This document shows, piece by piece, positions 1-15,059 of a stretch of 64,000 nucleotides of DNA (the first letter of the stretch is position 1; each line of letters begins with the position of its first letter). The stretch is taken from positions 20,212,001 through 20,276,000 of the forward strand of contig NC_043005.1 of assembly GCF_006345805.1 (NCBI RefSeq), in the 5' to 3' direction. This stretch comes from Octopus sinensis (Eukaryota). A program made the position numbers and the translations under genes. The notes under the pieces are model-generated. The model made no database searches. It had not been told where the DNA came from and saw only the letters and a list, made by a program, of their open reading frames with translations.

Positions 1-315
1 TGTGTGTGTGTGTGTGCATGTAAAAATGTGTTTGAAAAACATTACTGATACATACACACACATATATATATATACTATGTAAAAAATGTATACATTTATT
101 ATATATATACACATACACACATATATGTAAAAGTGTATACTTAAATATGTGCAAATATGTATACATTTTTACATGTATGTATAAATACACATGCATACAT
201 AATTATGTATGTGTAAATATATATGCATATAACTCACATACACACACACACACACAGTTATACATATCTTGAGAAGTTCATTATACCAGTAATTGATATG
301 TGCACTACTTTTATT

Positions 316-365
<50 letters not shown>

Positions 366-1542
366 TATTATTATTATTATTATTAACCAACTAGTTAACT
401 GATCAAGTAGTTAATTTATCAATTGTTTGATTAATTGATTAATTGTTTTGTTAATCAATCAACAAGCTGATTGATTAATTGTATATATACACGTGTAAAT
501 GAGTGTAAGTACATTTAAAACATACATATTTAAAATATACACACACATATATTTATATGTATACATTTATGTATATATATATATTTATTATCACCTGTTT
601 ATCATTGTTCCTCTTGATTTTATGCAAAATGATAAACCGGTGATAGTAAATATGTTAAATAAGAGAGATCCATCTCCCTGATCCAATTTTAACATCCATT
701 TTGCTATGCTTGCAGGAGAGATTGGGTTTCCTCCAGATCAAAGTGACCCAATATAGGCTCTCTCATTAGCTCATAAACAGTTGTTGTTGTTGTTGTTGTT
801 GTTGTTGCTTAGTCCCAGGTAAGCCTTGATCCAGCATATCTCAGCCATGACCATCCCATTTGGTGCATGTGTATGTCCTTCCCTTTTTAAGATGGTACGA
901 TGTAATTTGAGGAAGATTAGGCTGCTATTCAGGCCAAAGAGATACTTTAGATGCTCTTTCATTGGCTCAAATTCGTTACATTTATCATAGCACAATCTAT
1001 GAAATGTGAAACAGATGGCTGGAACCCTAGAAGTAAAACATTAAATCAATAAACTTCCTTTGCTCTGAATATCAGACGACTAGGCACGTGTATGGTATAG
1101 GCACAGGCATGGGTGCGTGGTTAAGAAATTTGCTTTCCAACCACACAGCCTGGGGTTCACTCTTACTACATGAAACTTTGGACAAGTGCTTTTTATTATA
1201 ACCCCAAGCAGACATGCCTTGTGAGTGAATTTGGTAGATGGAAACTGAATGAATCTCATCAATGTGTGCATGTGAAAGAGAAAGAAACAGAGCAGTTATG
1301 ATCATAAGATTGTAGTTTTGATTCATGGAATGGGCAATGCATTGTGTTCTTGAACAAATTCTTCATTTCACATTGCTCTGGTTCATTCGGCTGCCAAAAA
1401 TGAGTAATCCTGCAATGGAGAAGCATTCCCCAGGGCAGGGAATAAGTAAGACACAGAATCAGGGAAACTGGTGTTACGAGCCTATTGCTTAGTGAAGGAC
1501 CTTTGATCTTTTTGGTATATATATATATATATAAAATAAATG

Positions 1543-1784
1543 TGCCCTTTTAAAGCCTAGCCAGGCTCATGGGCCCAGTTTCCCAGTTTCAATGGCATAT
1601 GTGCTCCCCAGCTAGACAGGACACCAGTTGGTCGCAGCGTAACTCATTTTTGCCAGCTGAGTGGACTGGAGCAACGTGAAGTGAAGCGTTTTGCTCAAGA
1701 ACACAATGTGTTGCCCAGTCCAGGAATTGAAACCACAATCTTACGATCATAATGCTGACACCCTAACCACTAAGCCATGCACCT

Positions 1785-1786
<2 letters not shown>
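1543..1786 (-). mobile_element. tRNA-derived SINE
   Basis: Minus-strand head ggaggtgcatggcttagtggttaggg...gtttcaattcc (A/B boxes); related degenerate copies at about 1290-1440 and 34780-34930. Confidence 0.7.
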
Positions 1787-1877
<91 letters not shown>

Positions 1878-2062
1878 GTCAAGGTAGTAAATGCTAAAAT
1901 AATTTTATCATAATATATACATATATATATATATGTTATATTTATGCACATATACATATTTGATATATATGTATATATATGTATATATATTTATTTATGT
2001 ATATATATATTATTTATGTATATATATTTATTTATATATATATTTATTTATGTATATATATT

Positions 2063-2114
<52 letters not shown>

Positions 2115-2149
2115 TTATATATATTTATATAATATTTATATATATATCT

Positions 2150-2552
2150 ATACTTTACTCTTTTACTTGTTTCAGTCATTTGACTGCAGCCATGCTGGAG
2201 CACCACCTTTAATCGAGCAACTCGACCCCGGGACTTATTCTTTGTAAGCCCAGTACTTATTCTATTGGACTCTTTTGCCGAACCACTAAGTGACGGGGAC
2301 ATAAACACAACAGCATCGGTTGCCAAGCAATGCTAGGGGGACAAACACAGACACAAACATACACGCACACACATATATATATATACATATATACGACGGG
2401 CTTCTTTCAGTTTCCATCTACCAAATCCACTCACAAGGCTTTGGTCGGCCCGTGGCTATAGTAGAAGACACTTGCCCAAGGTGCCCCGCAGTGGGACTGA
2501 ACCCAGAACCTTGTGGTTGGTAAGCAAGCTACTTACCACACAGCCACTCCTG
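2150..2552 (-). mobile_element. Full-length tRNA-headed SINE of the most abundant family in the window
   Basis: Head ggagtggctgtgtggtaag...gggttcagtccc, body gccttgtgagtggatttggtagatggaaactgaaagaagccc, internal (TA/TG)n. Other copies at about 1090-1265, 11305-11655, 11657-11850, 19310-19690, 21120-21380, 26256-26570, 60240-60410 and 60920-61050. Confidence 0.8.
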
Positions 2553-2689
2553 ATATAAATTTATTTATGCGTGTGTGTGTGTGATGATACCTCTTTCCAA
2601 GTGCACATTACCAGGATGGCAACAATATGCAAATGACTGGCTGGCTGGATCCTGAGAACATTCAGAACCAGAGAGAACAAAACCATGAT

Positions 2690-3250
2690 ACTCCTCTGGA
2701 GAACATTCGTGCTCAGCCGCCTGGATTACTGCTCCCAGCTATGGTGACCCAACAGTGTAAAATTAACAGCAGAACTTGAAGCAATCCAGCAAAGCTTCAC
2801 AAAGACAATTGTCTCATTGCAACAGTTCAGCTACTGGGATAAGCTGAAACAGTTAAGACTTTATTTCCTGGAGTGAAGGCAGGAGAGGTATGCAGTAGTA
2901 TATATCTGGAAGACCCTGGAAGGTATGTGCCAAATTTTGGCATTGACAACTACACCATTTACCAGAATGGGTTGACACTGCACAGTGCCAAAGATCCCAG
3001 CAATGCCGTTGTGCTTCAGGACCAGTGACTGCAACAGCCAGGGTTTTAGGGGCCCACAGCTTTTTAATATTCTCCCAAAGAGCCTGAGAGACCTACACAA
3101 AGTGGATGTAGGTGTTTTCAAATCAAAACTGGACCTCTTTATATCAAGAGTCCCAGATGAACCTACCTTACTGCAAGAAGTGCAAATAAGGGTAGCGTTA
3201 TCAAATTCCATTCTTCACCAAATTCCACATATTAGAAGAGGCTCTTAGCA
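2690..3250 (+). mobile_element. CR1/L2-like LINE ORF2 3' fragment
   Basis: Degenerate ...LDYCSQLW..LEAIQQSFT..RRERYAVVYIWK..GPQLFNILPKSLR..FKSKLDLFISRVPDEP; related 3' end at about 12890-13290. Confidence 0.75.
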
Positions 3251-3283
3251 ATAACAGTGTAGCAAAACAGTGTAGAAAAAAAG

Positions 3284-3365
<82 letters not shown>

Positions 3366-6358
3366 TTATATATATGTATATAAATTTATATATGTATGTA
3401 TATATTTATATATATGTATATATATTTATATATGTGTATATATATATATATATTTATATAGTTATTTAAATATATCATAATCATCATCATCATCGTTTAG
3501 CGTCTGCTTTCCATGCTAGCATGGGTTGGACAGTTCAACTGGGGTCTGGGAAGCCAGAAGGCTGCACCAGGCCCAGTCTGATCTGGCAATGTTTCTATGG
3601 CTGGTTGCCCTTCCTAATGCGAACCACTCCGTGAGTGTAGTGGGTGCTTTTTACGTGCCACCGGCACAGGTGCCAGACGAGTCTGGCGAATGGCCACGAT
3701 CGAATGGTGCTTTTTACAAGGCCAGTCTGGATGGTCTATATATATATATATATATATAAGTGGCATTAGAAAGGACATCCTGCCGTAGAAACCAAGTCAA
3801 ATCAAACAATAGTTTGGTGCAGCTCTCCAATTTGCTAGCTCTGGTCAGACCATCCAACCCATGCCAGCATGGAAAACAGATGTTAAAGGATGGTAATGAT
3901 GATGATGATGATGATAGACATAGGGTGAGGTTGTGTCTCCTTGTTTTGACATTATCGAATAGTTATAAACAAATAGCACTTTTGTCATACAAGCATTTCT
4001 AATCTCCCATAAAAATGTCCAGCCAGTGACAGGTATTACCTTGTTTTGAAACACAAGGGATGCCAACAGGAAGAGGGTCTAAGTCAGAGAAAATCTGTTG
4101 ACATGAATTCCATCAGAACTATCCAAGCTTGGAAAAGTGAACATTAAAACAATGATGATAGGCCAGCAACAAGTCTTAAATCCTGCACTGCTAGAGATAG
4201 CAGCTGTTCACTAACTTCTACATAAATTTGAAAGCCACATAGGACAAGGGGTACAGACTGAAACAAGGTTATACAAAGGTCAAATTGTCCATGCTATTGA
4301 TTGTTATTATTAATCTTATTCGTTAGTTAATTCATTAGAGCTAGTCGGATTAGAAACACTAATTAGTGTATCAGATAAAAAAAAATCTGTTGCTTATTTG
4401 CTCATTTCTTTCTTTCTATTTTCATTGTATTTTTTTTATATTATTTTGCTTCTTTAATATTTTTTTTACTTTTTTATTGTTAAGCCTTATTGAATAAATG
4501 TGCTATAATGTGTACGTATATGTGGGAATGTAAGTATGTGTGTATGTATACATAGGTATGTGCATGTATGTATATATGTGTGTATGTATATGTGTGTGTA
4601 TATATATATGTGTGTGTTTATACATGTGTGTGTGTGTGTTTATACATATGTGTGTGCGTGCGCATATATGTGTGCACATACATACACAAGTGGATAATCC
4701 TACTGAATCCAAAGCAGATTTCAAGCCATTTTGTTTATCTTTGATACAAGGTTTCTTTACAGTTCAATCAATACATACACAGAAGAACTGAAGACCCTAG
4801 TTCTAAAAGTACTTAGGTCACATGACAATCAGTATGGCTTAGGCACTTTTAGCAGTAGGGCTTTCTGTTGCATTACATGCTCTATGTGTGTGTGTGTCTC
4901 TCTGTCTGTCTGTCTGTCTGACTGTTAGTCTGGTAATCTCTTAACTCATCAGAAATGTTTAAAACTATTACTGATGAGCTAAGAAATATACATAACATCA
5001 TACTACATAATGTAATACACATTCTAGATGTATTAAGTCCTTTCATGTTCCATTGTATTTTTATTTTTATATCCTACTGTCCAACCATCTACCACCAATA
5101 CAGATATTCTCCTTTCTTTTACTCTATAGATGTCTTCAAAATTTGGATTACTTTCTGAAAGTGGTTCTAAAGTACAAATTATCTTAGCTGAGACCCCAGG
5201 TGTTAAAACCATCTGTAAAGAGTCTATGTTTTACTGTCTAAATAAAACAGTTGTGGGTCTATCAACCCCTTAAGATCTTCATAGAAGGGAGTTTTGTCAT
5301 CAGCATGCAATAAATATTGACTATCATCTGCATCAACTTTAAATTTCATATCTTGCATCATTTATGCAAGGTTATTGCTGAACGAGATTGCCTCAACCTC
5401 TATTCTTTGATCTTCCTTAACTACAATTTTTTCCAAACTTCAATCAAACATGCAGATTTAACTTCTTATGAAGCATCTTTAATATTTTTTTTTTTTTTTG
5501 CATGCATAATGCTGTAATTTTTTCAGAATACTTTGACAGATTGATGTTTATCATTAGTTGCTGTAATCAAACTGGCTTAAAGTTTTCCTAAGATAATGCA
5601 CCGTGAAAGCAGAATTAACTCCCTGATTCATAGGGTCAATAGCAATGAACGTGTGTTTGATGGAATGAAAACAACTTCAGCAAGTACACAGATTTGGAGT
5701 TAATCAAGATTTGAAGGATGATCAGGAGCATTGTCTAAAAGTGGAAATGCCTTAAGCTTAAAATTATTTTCAAACAGTAACATTTGACATTAGGGCAAAA
5801 ATGTTCAGTGAATCTTTCTGTAAGCAAATTATATGTAATTCAAGGTTTTTTGTTAGATTTCAATAGAATAGGCAATCAAAACTTGGAGATGCTTTTCATA
5901 AGCTTGAGAATGATAGAATGATAAACAAGCAATGAATTAAGCTTCTAGTCTCCGGTGGCATTTACTCCTAACAACAATGTTGGACAACATTTTCCTGTTA
6001 AAAACTCATTCTTCCTCTTTTGGGATTAAAGTTTCAAAATGTAAGCATGTCCAAAATAGCCTGTATTTATTTACTGTTAAAATAGATTTTACAACATCCT
6101 TCAGTTGTGCTGGAAATTCCAATACTTGGATATTAAACTTGCTGATTAACATTTTATGGAATTTTTGTTGTCAATAGGGCCTTTAAAAGACAGGATTTTA
6201 TTTTTTCCAGCCTCTAATGAAATCTTGACATTTTTTAATATTTTTTGCATGTTTTATGTTTCCTTGTTCTGACTGTCACTTCTATCAAAAAACTAGAAAC
6301 ATGAAACTTTGGAGTAACAGATTGTGAAACTTTCAGCTTATATAAATGCGCACACACA

Positions 6359-6400
<42 letters not shown>

Positions 6401-6479
6401 GACTGAGTTCCTTTGGATTCTTCACAATTAAGACAATTCCATTTACTTCATCCCAACTCTTTTATCTATTCATATTTAA

Positions 6480-7400
<921 letters not shown>

Positions 7401-7429
7401 TAATTATTTTAAAAAATTAAAAATTTTAA

Positions 7430-7977
7430 ATTACTATATGTGAAAATATATAAAAATATATGTGTGTGTGTATATATATTAATATATATATAACTAAAGA
7501 TATACATACACACACACATATATATACATACATATAGACACATGAAAAAATTCATATATATACACATACATATATTTATATATACCTATGTATGTATTTA
7601 TGCATGAGTATATTGGTGATTCCCATAGTCTATTGGGTCATTGTTGGGGCACTTGTGGAGACTTAGTCTTCAAGCAATGTGTCTAGGGCAAACTAGCCCT
7701 ATCCTTCTCCTAGCTATTTCTACCTATGGTGGGTTTTGAACTCAGCACTGCAAGATAACAACTCATTATTTAGACAGCACTCATTGCAACTTACAGCGTT
7801 AAGCTTCACCTACCTGTGGTACCAATTTACAGCTAGGTGGACTGAGTCAGTGAGAGTCAAGTATCTTGGCCCTTGACACAGAGCAGCACCATTGGCTGGA
7901 TGCAAACCATCACATTTTAAAACAGCAGCCTGACACCCAATCAACTTGGCTAGCTGTAACTCATATATATATATATA

Positions 7978-8013
<36 letters not shown>

Positions 8014-8105
8014 CATACATATATATATACATATATATACATATGTATATACATACATATATATATATATGTGTGTGTGTATGAATATATGTATATATGC
8101 ATATG

Positions 8106-8136
<31 letters not shown>

Positions 8137-8563
8137 GTATATATATGTGTATATAAATGTATATATATATAAAAATGTATATACATATGTATATATATGT
8201 ATATATATGTTTATATATGTATATATATATGTATATATTTGTATTATATATGTATATATGTGTATATATATGTATATAAATTATATATATATAAATCTAT
8301 ATACTTATGTATATATATATATACATATAAACATATATATATACATATATATATGTGTAAATATATATAAATATGTAAATATATATATGTATATATATGT
8401 ATATATATATATGTATGTAAATATATATATATGTAATATATATATATGTATATATATATATATGTGTATATATATATGTATATATATATTTATTTATATA
8501 CATATATTTATTTATATATATATATATGTGTATATATATATATGTATATATATATCTTAATTC

Positions 8564-8615
<52 letters not shown>

Positions 8616-9679
8616 CTATATATATGCATGCATGTATATATAAGTGTGTGCATGTGAGTATATATATATGGATATATAGGCATGTGTATAACTATATATG
8701 TGTATGTATATATATAAAATATATATGTATATATATATTTATATATATACATATACATGTATACATATATATATACATATGCTTATATATACATACATGT
8801 ATGTATGTGTGTATATACATATATATATATGTATATATATAAATGTACATATATTTAGATATATATGCATATATATATATATGCTTATATAGAAATGCAT
8901 ATGTATGTATATATATGCATATATACATATGCATTTATATATATAAATGTATATATATATTTTATATATATATAAATGCATATATATATTTATATATATA
9001 TATATATAAATGCATATATATACTTATATATATATAAATGCATATATATATTTATATATATATATATATAAATGCATATATATATATATTTATATATATA
9101 TAAATGGTATATATATATATAGATATATGCATGTGTATGTATATATATAGGCATGTATGTGTATGTATATGTATATATATATATATGTGTGTATGTATAT
9201 ATAAATGTTTACATATACATGTATGTATGTGTGCATAAATATATATGAACATGTATGTATATTTATATATGCACACACACATGTATATACATATGTATGT
9301 ACTCAAATATAACACACATACTCACTCATACACACACACACACATATCGTATATGTATGTGTGTGTGCATAACTGTATATGTGTGTAAGTGTGTATGTGT
9401 GAGTGTGTGTTGTGTTATAATTTATCTATTTGGCTTTGGAGGAAAGAAAACTAACAAACAAAAAAACACAAAGAAAATGAGATATGTAATAAAAATTGAA
9501 GTTATGAGTTGTGTATTTTATCACTGATTTTTAATTATTTAATGAACTCTTCTTTCATTTCACTAATGATGCTTTGCATTGATTTAATATTTATTATGCT
9601 CAGTTGAAATATTTCATTGATATTACATGTACATTACATGCATACATTTATATTCATGTATGTTTATACGTGTGTGCAT

Positions 9680-9713
<34 letters not shown>

Positions 9714-10085
9714 GTGCATGTATATATATATGTGTGTGTGTGTGTGTATATGTATATATATATACATATATATATATGTACACATGTATATATAGGAATA
9801 TATATGTTTGTATATATGTGTGTATATATATATATATGTATATGTGTGTGTATGTGTGTGTATATGTGTGTGTATGTGTGTGTATATGTGTGTGTATGTG
9901 TGTGTATATGTGTGTGTATATATATATATATATTTATATATAATGTATATATATGTGTGTGTGTGTGTGTGTCTGTTTATACATACATACATGTGTATGT
10001 GTGTATAAGTATGCAAATATATATATATATGTGCATCTATATATACATATATAAATATATATATATATATACTCATGTATAAATT
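7430..10085. repeat. Long (TA)/(TG)/(CA) low-complexity microsatellite field, interrupted by SINE remnants at about 7690-7960
   Basis: Directly visible; similar tracts at 1-260, 1785-2150, 3290-3470, 4505-4690, 14917-15015, 45200-45300 and 62375-62445. Confidence 0.95.
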
Positions 10086-12394
10086 TTAACACAGATACAT
10101 ATATATGTTGCTTTTGTAACTTTTTTCTTCTTCTTTAGAATCTTTTTAATCTTTTAAAATATCACTAAAACCTATTTTAAAAAAAAGAAAAACAAAAACA
10201 ACCACCACATTATCAACAAAATACAATTTCAACTAAAAGCTAAAAAAAAAAAAAATGAATCGATTGGGGTGTAGCACTGCCAAATTGAACCTTGCTGCCT
10301 CTAATATCTCCTTGATTATTCTTACTCTCATCATCTACTTTGTTTTGTTTTTTTTTTGTTTTTTACTTTTTTGTTCTTTTGAGTTGAATTTTTTCTTTTA
10401 AAATTATTCATTGTTTTGTTGATTTTAATTTAAATGTTTATTTTTTTTTCTGTTATATTTTGTCATTTTTATCAATGAAGTTACCCCCAAGTCCTTCTGT
10501 TCTCTATCTTCTATCTATCTATATCTATCTCTTCATCATATTTTTTCTTGTTTTTTTTTTTGTTTTGTTTTTTGCAACATCCCCTACCTCCAGATTGGTG
10601 CTGTTTTTCCTTTGTTGCAGATATCCTGGTATTTATGATGAAATAAATTTTGAAAAAAAAAAAAAATATATTATATGCATATATATATATTTCTGGATTT
10701 TTCTACAAATTAATAACACAACAATAATTTTAGAATTCATTCAAATATAAATGCACTGAAATTATAAATGAATTCTAGGATTTCCCACAATACTCATAAT
10801 ATTGGTTTCAAATTTTAGCCCTCAGCCAGCGGTTTTGGAGGAGGTGTAAGCCAATTACATCAGCATCAACCCCTATGCTCAACCGGTACTTATTTTATCA
10901 ATCCTGAAAGGAATGAAATGCAAAGTCGACCTCAGTGGAATTTGAACTCAGAATGTGCAGTTGGACAAAATGTGACTGAAAAGCATTTTGCTACCCTAAT
11001 AATTCTTTCTAATATTGGCACAAGGCCAGTAATTTTGAGGGAAAGTGACAAGTTGATAACGCTGACCCCCAGTACTTGACTGATACTTTATTTTACTGAC
11101 CCTGGAAGGATGGAAGACAAAGTTAACAATAGTAAGATTTGAGCTCAGGACATAAAGAGTAGAAGAAATGTTTGCTAAGCATTTTGTGGGACATGCTAAT
11201 GATTCACCCAGCTCTAGGCCCTCTTACTAGTAACAATAGTGACCACAATAATACTGATATTCCAACCTTAGTAATAATAATGATGATGCTGGTAATAATG
11301 ATGAGGCGTAGGAGTGGCTGTGTGGTAAGTATCTTGCTTACCAACCACAAGGTTCCGGGTTCAGTTCCACTGCGTGGCACCTTGGGCAAGTGTCTTCTAC
11401 TCTAGCCTCGGGTCGACCAAAGCCTTGTGAGTGGATTTGGTAGACGGAAACTGAAAGAAGCCCATTGTATATATGTGTGTGTGTGTATATATATATATGT
11501 ATATGTTTGTGTGTCTGTGTTTGTTCCCCCAACATTGCTTGACAACCGATGCTGGTGTGAAAGAAACTGATAAAATAAGTAATAGGCTTACAAAGAATAA
11601 GTCCAGGGGTCGATTTCCTCGACTAAAGGTGGTGCTCCAGCATGGCCGCAGTCAAAGTGCCCAAGGTGCCACGCAGTGGGACTGAACTCAGAACCATGTT
11701 GTTGGGAAGTAAGCTTCTTATCACACAACCACAACTGCAGCTATATATATACATGTGTGTGTGTTATGTATATACACATACATGACAAGCTTCTTTCAGT
11801 TTCCATCTACCAAATCCACTCATGATGCTTTGGTCGGCCCAGGGCTACCCACTTCTTTATAGTTTAGTCATCACTTATGCACTCCCACATTAACACATAC
11901 ATGCATACATATGCAGTACAAGATGATTTGCAAATGCCGTAACAGCCAAGATCCAATCACATGACTTGAAAAATAATGCGAGAGAATATTGTAGTTATCT
12001 CCCTTATTAACGAAAATTAATTTTGGTTGAGTTACTTCCCTTGAACTATAGCACTGCCTAAACGTCACACCTTGCAACTAAACTCTTTCATCGCGTGACT
12101 CGGTATATAGACTTGGATTCTAGTTTACAGCAACCAATAAGGAACCATCTTTCAAACTGACATCTGCTAAAAATTTATTCATTCCTATTGTCTACATGGG
12201 AGTCATTAATTGCTAATATATATTCGACAAAACATATTGTGCATTTTCTCTTGTTTGGGCAACGTTTTCTACTACAACATGGTAAATACACACACATATT
12301 TACATATTCACATTTGTTTTGTTCCATACTTGCACATGGGTTAGACGAATATGCCAACACTCACTTGTTTTTCAAGGAAGAGATTGTATTCCTA

Positions 12395-12885
12395 TAAAAT
12401 TATCAACCATCGTACAAACAATAACTCTGAGCACCTTTTCAAACTCCACCCAACTAACACCCGTGGACATATTTACAAAGTCAGAAAACAGCACAGCTCC
12501 CATGACTTCAGGAAACATTTTTTCACGCTGAGAGTTGCTGAAGCATGGAACAAACTGCCGGCATCAGTTGTTAGTTGTCGGAGCACTGCATCCTTCAAAA
12601 CTTCCATGCTTTCTGAGATTCGCCAACACTACACCTGATTTTCTCAAAACTTCCATGCTTTCTGAGATTCGCCAACACTACACCTGATTTTCTCAAAACT
12701 TCCATGCTTTCTGAGATTCGCCAACACTACACCTGATTTTCTCCCCTCTATACATACACAAGCATGTATCTGACTCCTGCATTGTTTGCTTTCCAGACAT
12801 TTGTACATTACTGCATATACTCTGACAAGTTGTGGTGCACCTGAGCACTGTATACAATAATTTCATTATTATTATTATTATTTAT
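12395..12885 (+). mobile_element. CR1-like LINE 3' end with (ATT)n tail and internal 49-bp x3 tandem repeat (12596-12742)
   Basis: TRGHIYKV...RKHFFTLRVAEAWNKLP; near-identical to 59615-59995. Confidence 0.85.
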
Positions 12886-13288
12886 ATTGTTCCGACAGTA
12901 TTGCCCAAATGATATTGGTATCACTTTTAAAATCCACCCAAGTCTTGGTCCCCATGCCATGCGTCCTCTACAGAAATCGTGCTCTCTGCACATCACAACA
13001 CTAGGACAGAACTACTTCTCCTCAACTGGACCTGCTCTTTTTAATATCATTCCAAAACATATAAAGGAGGAAAAAGATTTCATAACCTTCAAAAAGTTCG
13101 TGGGTGAATAACTCCAACTAATTCCAGATAAGCCACCTACACCAGGATATACTGCTGCAAACAACAACTCTTTAATCAAAAGAGCAATGATGCCTAAAAA
13201 TAACTATACAAAAATACATTACTAAAGGTCTTTTTCAGGTGGTGCTATTAAGTAAGCTATGGCCTGGGCCAATGTGGCCGAAACCTAA

Positions 13289-13333
<45 letters not shown>

Positions 13334-14913
13334 AACAAAATAAAAATCAACATTTTTTTTTATGCCTGCTTTTTGTATTCAGTAGAGGGTTGGGAGAGAC
13401 TTTTACTAAGGTCAGATTCCTTTCTTGACATTGACCCCTGTTTTAAAAGATAAGTCATTCCTTTTATTTCCAAATTGAGCCCCTGATCTGCCTTAGTGAT
13501 TTTAGTGCATGTACATGCATGCACACACACAAACAAGCATGGGTGTATTGTTAAGAACTTCACAACCAAGTAGTTATAGGTTCAATCCACTGTATGTTAA
13601 CTTGAGCAAGTATCTTCTACACCTGAGTTGACCTATACTTTGGGAGACCAATCAGGATGAAGGAAACTGGACAGATACAAAATGTGGGTGGGTGAATGGG
13701 TGTGCATATATCTTCTCAGCTTGTATTTACATTGACACCACACAGGTAATCATGTTGGTTGTATGCAATAAATACAAAAAAGTTTGGCAATTCAGCAGTT
13801 TGTTGTGCAAAAATATATAGCAAAGTTACTTGAGAAAAAAAGTATGGATTGGGAACAGGAATGGCATCCAGCAGTGGAATATTGCCTCAAGAAGTCTCAT
13901 CCAATGCATGCCACCATGAAACACAAGTAAAAGTAACAATGCATGTGTGTGTGTGTGTACACATACACACAAAGGGTCTTTTACAGTTTATGTCTAGCAA
14001 ACTTCACTTCCAAAGCAGTGACTATGGTAGAAGAATCTTGTTCAAGCTATGACACATTGTGAATGAACCTGAAACTATGTGGTTGCCAGGACTCTCAAAA
14101 TGGCATGCTTAACAAAAACCTACCTTGTATTCTTTAAACTGTGTAGCCCATCAGATGATGAGTCATGCCTCATGCATCTCACATCTTGAAAAAGGTTGCC
14201 TATACATGATCAATGGCTTTGTGATATGGATGGTAGTTTCTATCAGAACGCCCATCTTGGCTATTTGTTCCATCAATAAATCGTCTTGAATATACAATGA
14301 AGGCTGTAAGTCTTGATACTAGATATTAGTTTGACCCATAAGGAAGAGGTGTTTGATGGTATATAAGCCTTGACAGGGATACAGGTCTTAATATTCAGAT
14401 AATCTGGGATGGGGTTAACCTTGAGTATTATCAATCACCAACAATACTGTTGTGAAAATTTCCAAATCACAGATAGATACATAATTGATATTTCCCTCAT
14501 TGGTCATGGTGTTTCTGAAAGATAAATGATCAATATCTTCAGCCTGGAGTCTACTGAATCATTACAACTAAGTAGTAACATTAAACAGTCTTCTCCAATC
14601 TAAAATCCACCTAAAGACTTTTCTTTTTTTAAAATTCTCTAGAAATGAAAGTGCAGTTAAGGCTACTTTTATCTATTTTGAATACAAGTTTAATAGGTTA
14701 GTTGATACAATGTTAGTCTTCTGTGTGATTAGTAACTTCTGTTTTTAGATGTAATCTTGATTAGCTCTAAATGCTGTCATACAGCCATTACAAGCAAAAT
14801 AACCCATAACCTAAGAAGTGAATTTTGCTCCCAGCACTATTTGTGCAACTAATTCCAAACTTGGATACATTATATAATGTATTGTTTTTGGTCATCTGAA
14901 AATCCAGATGGAC

Positions 14914-15006
<93 letters not shown>

Positions 15007-15059
15007 ATACACATATAAACATAAAGAGAATGATTGAAAGATAGATGGCCCAAGTAGAG

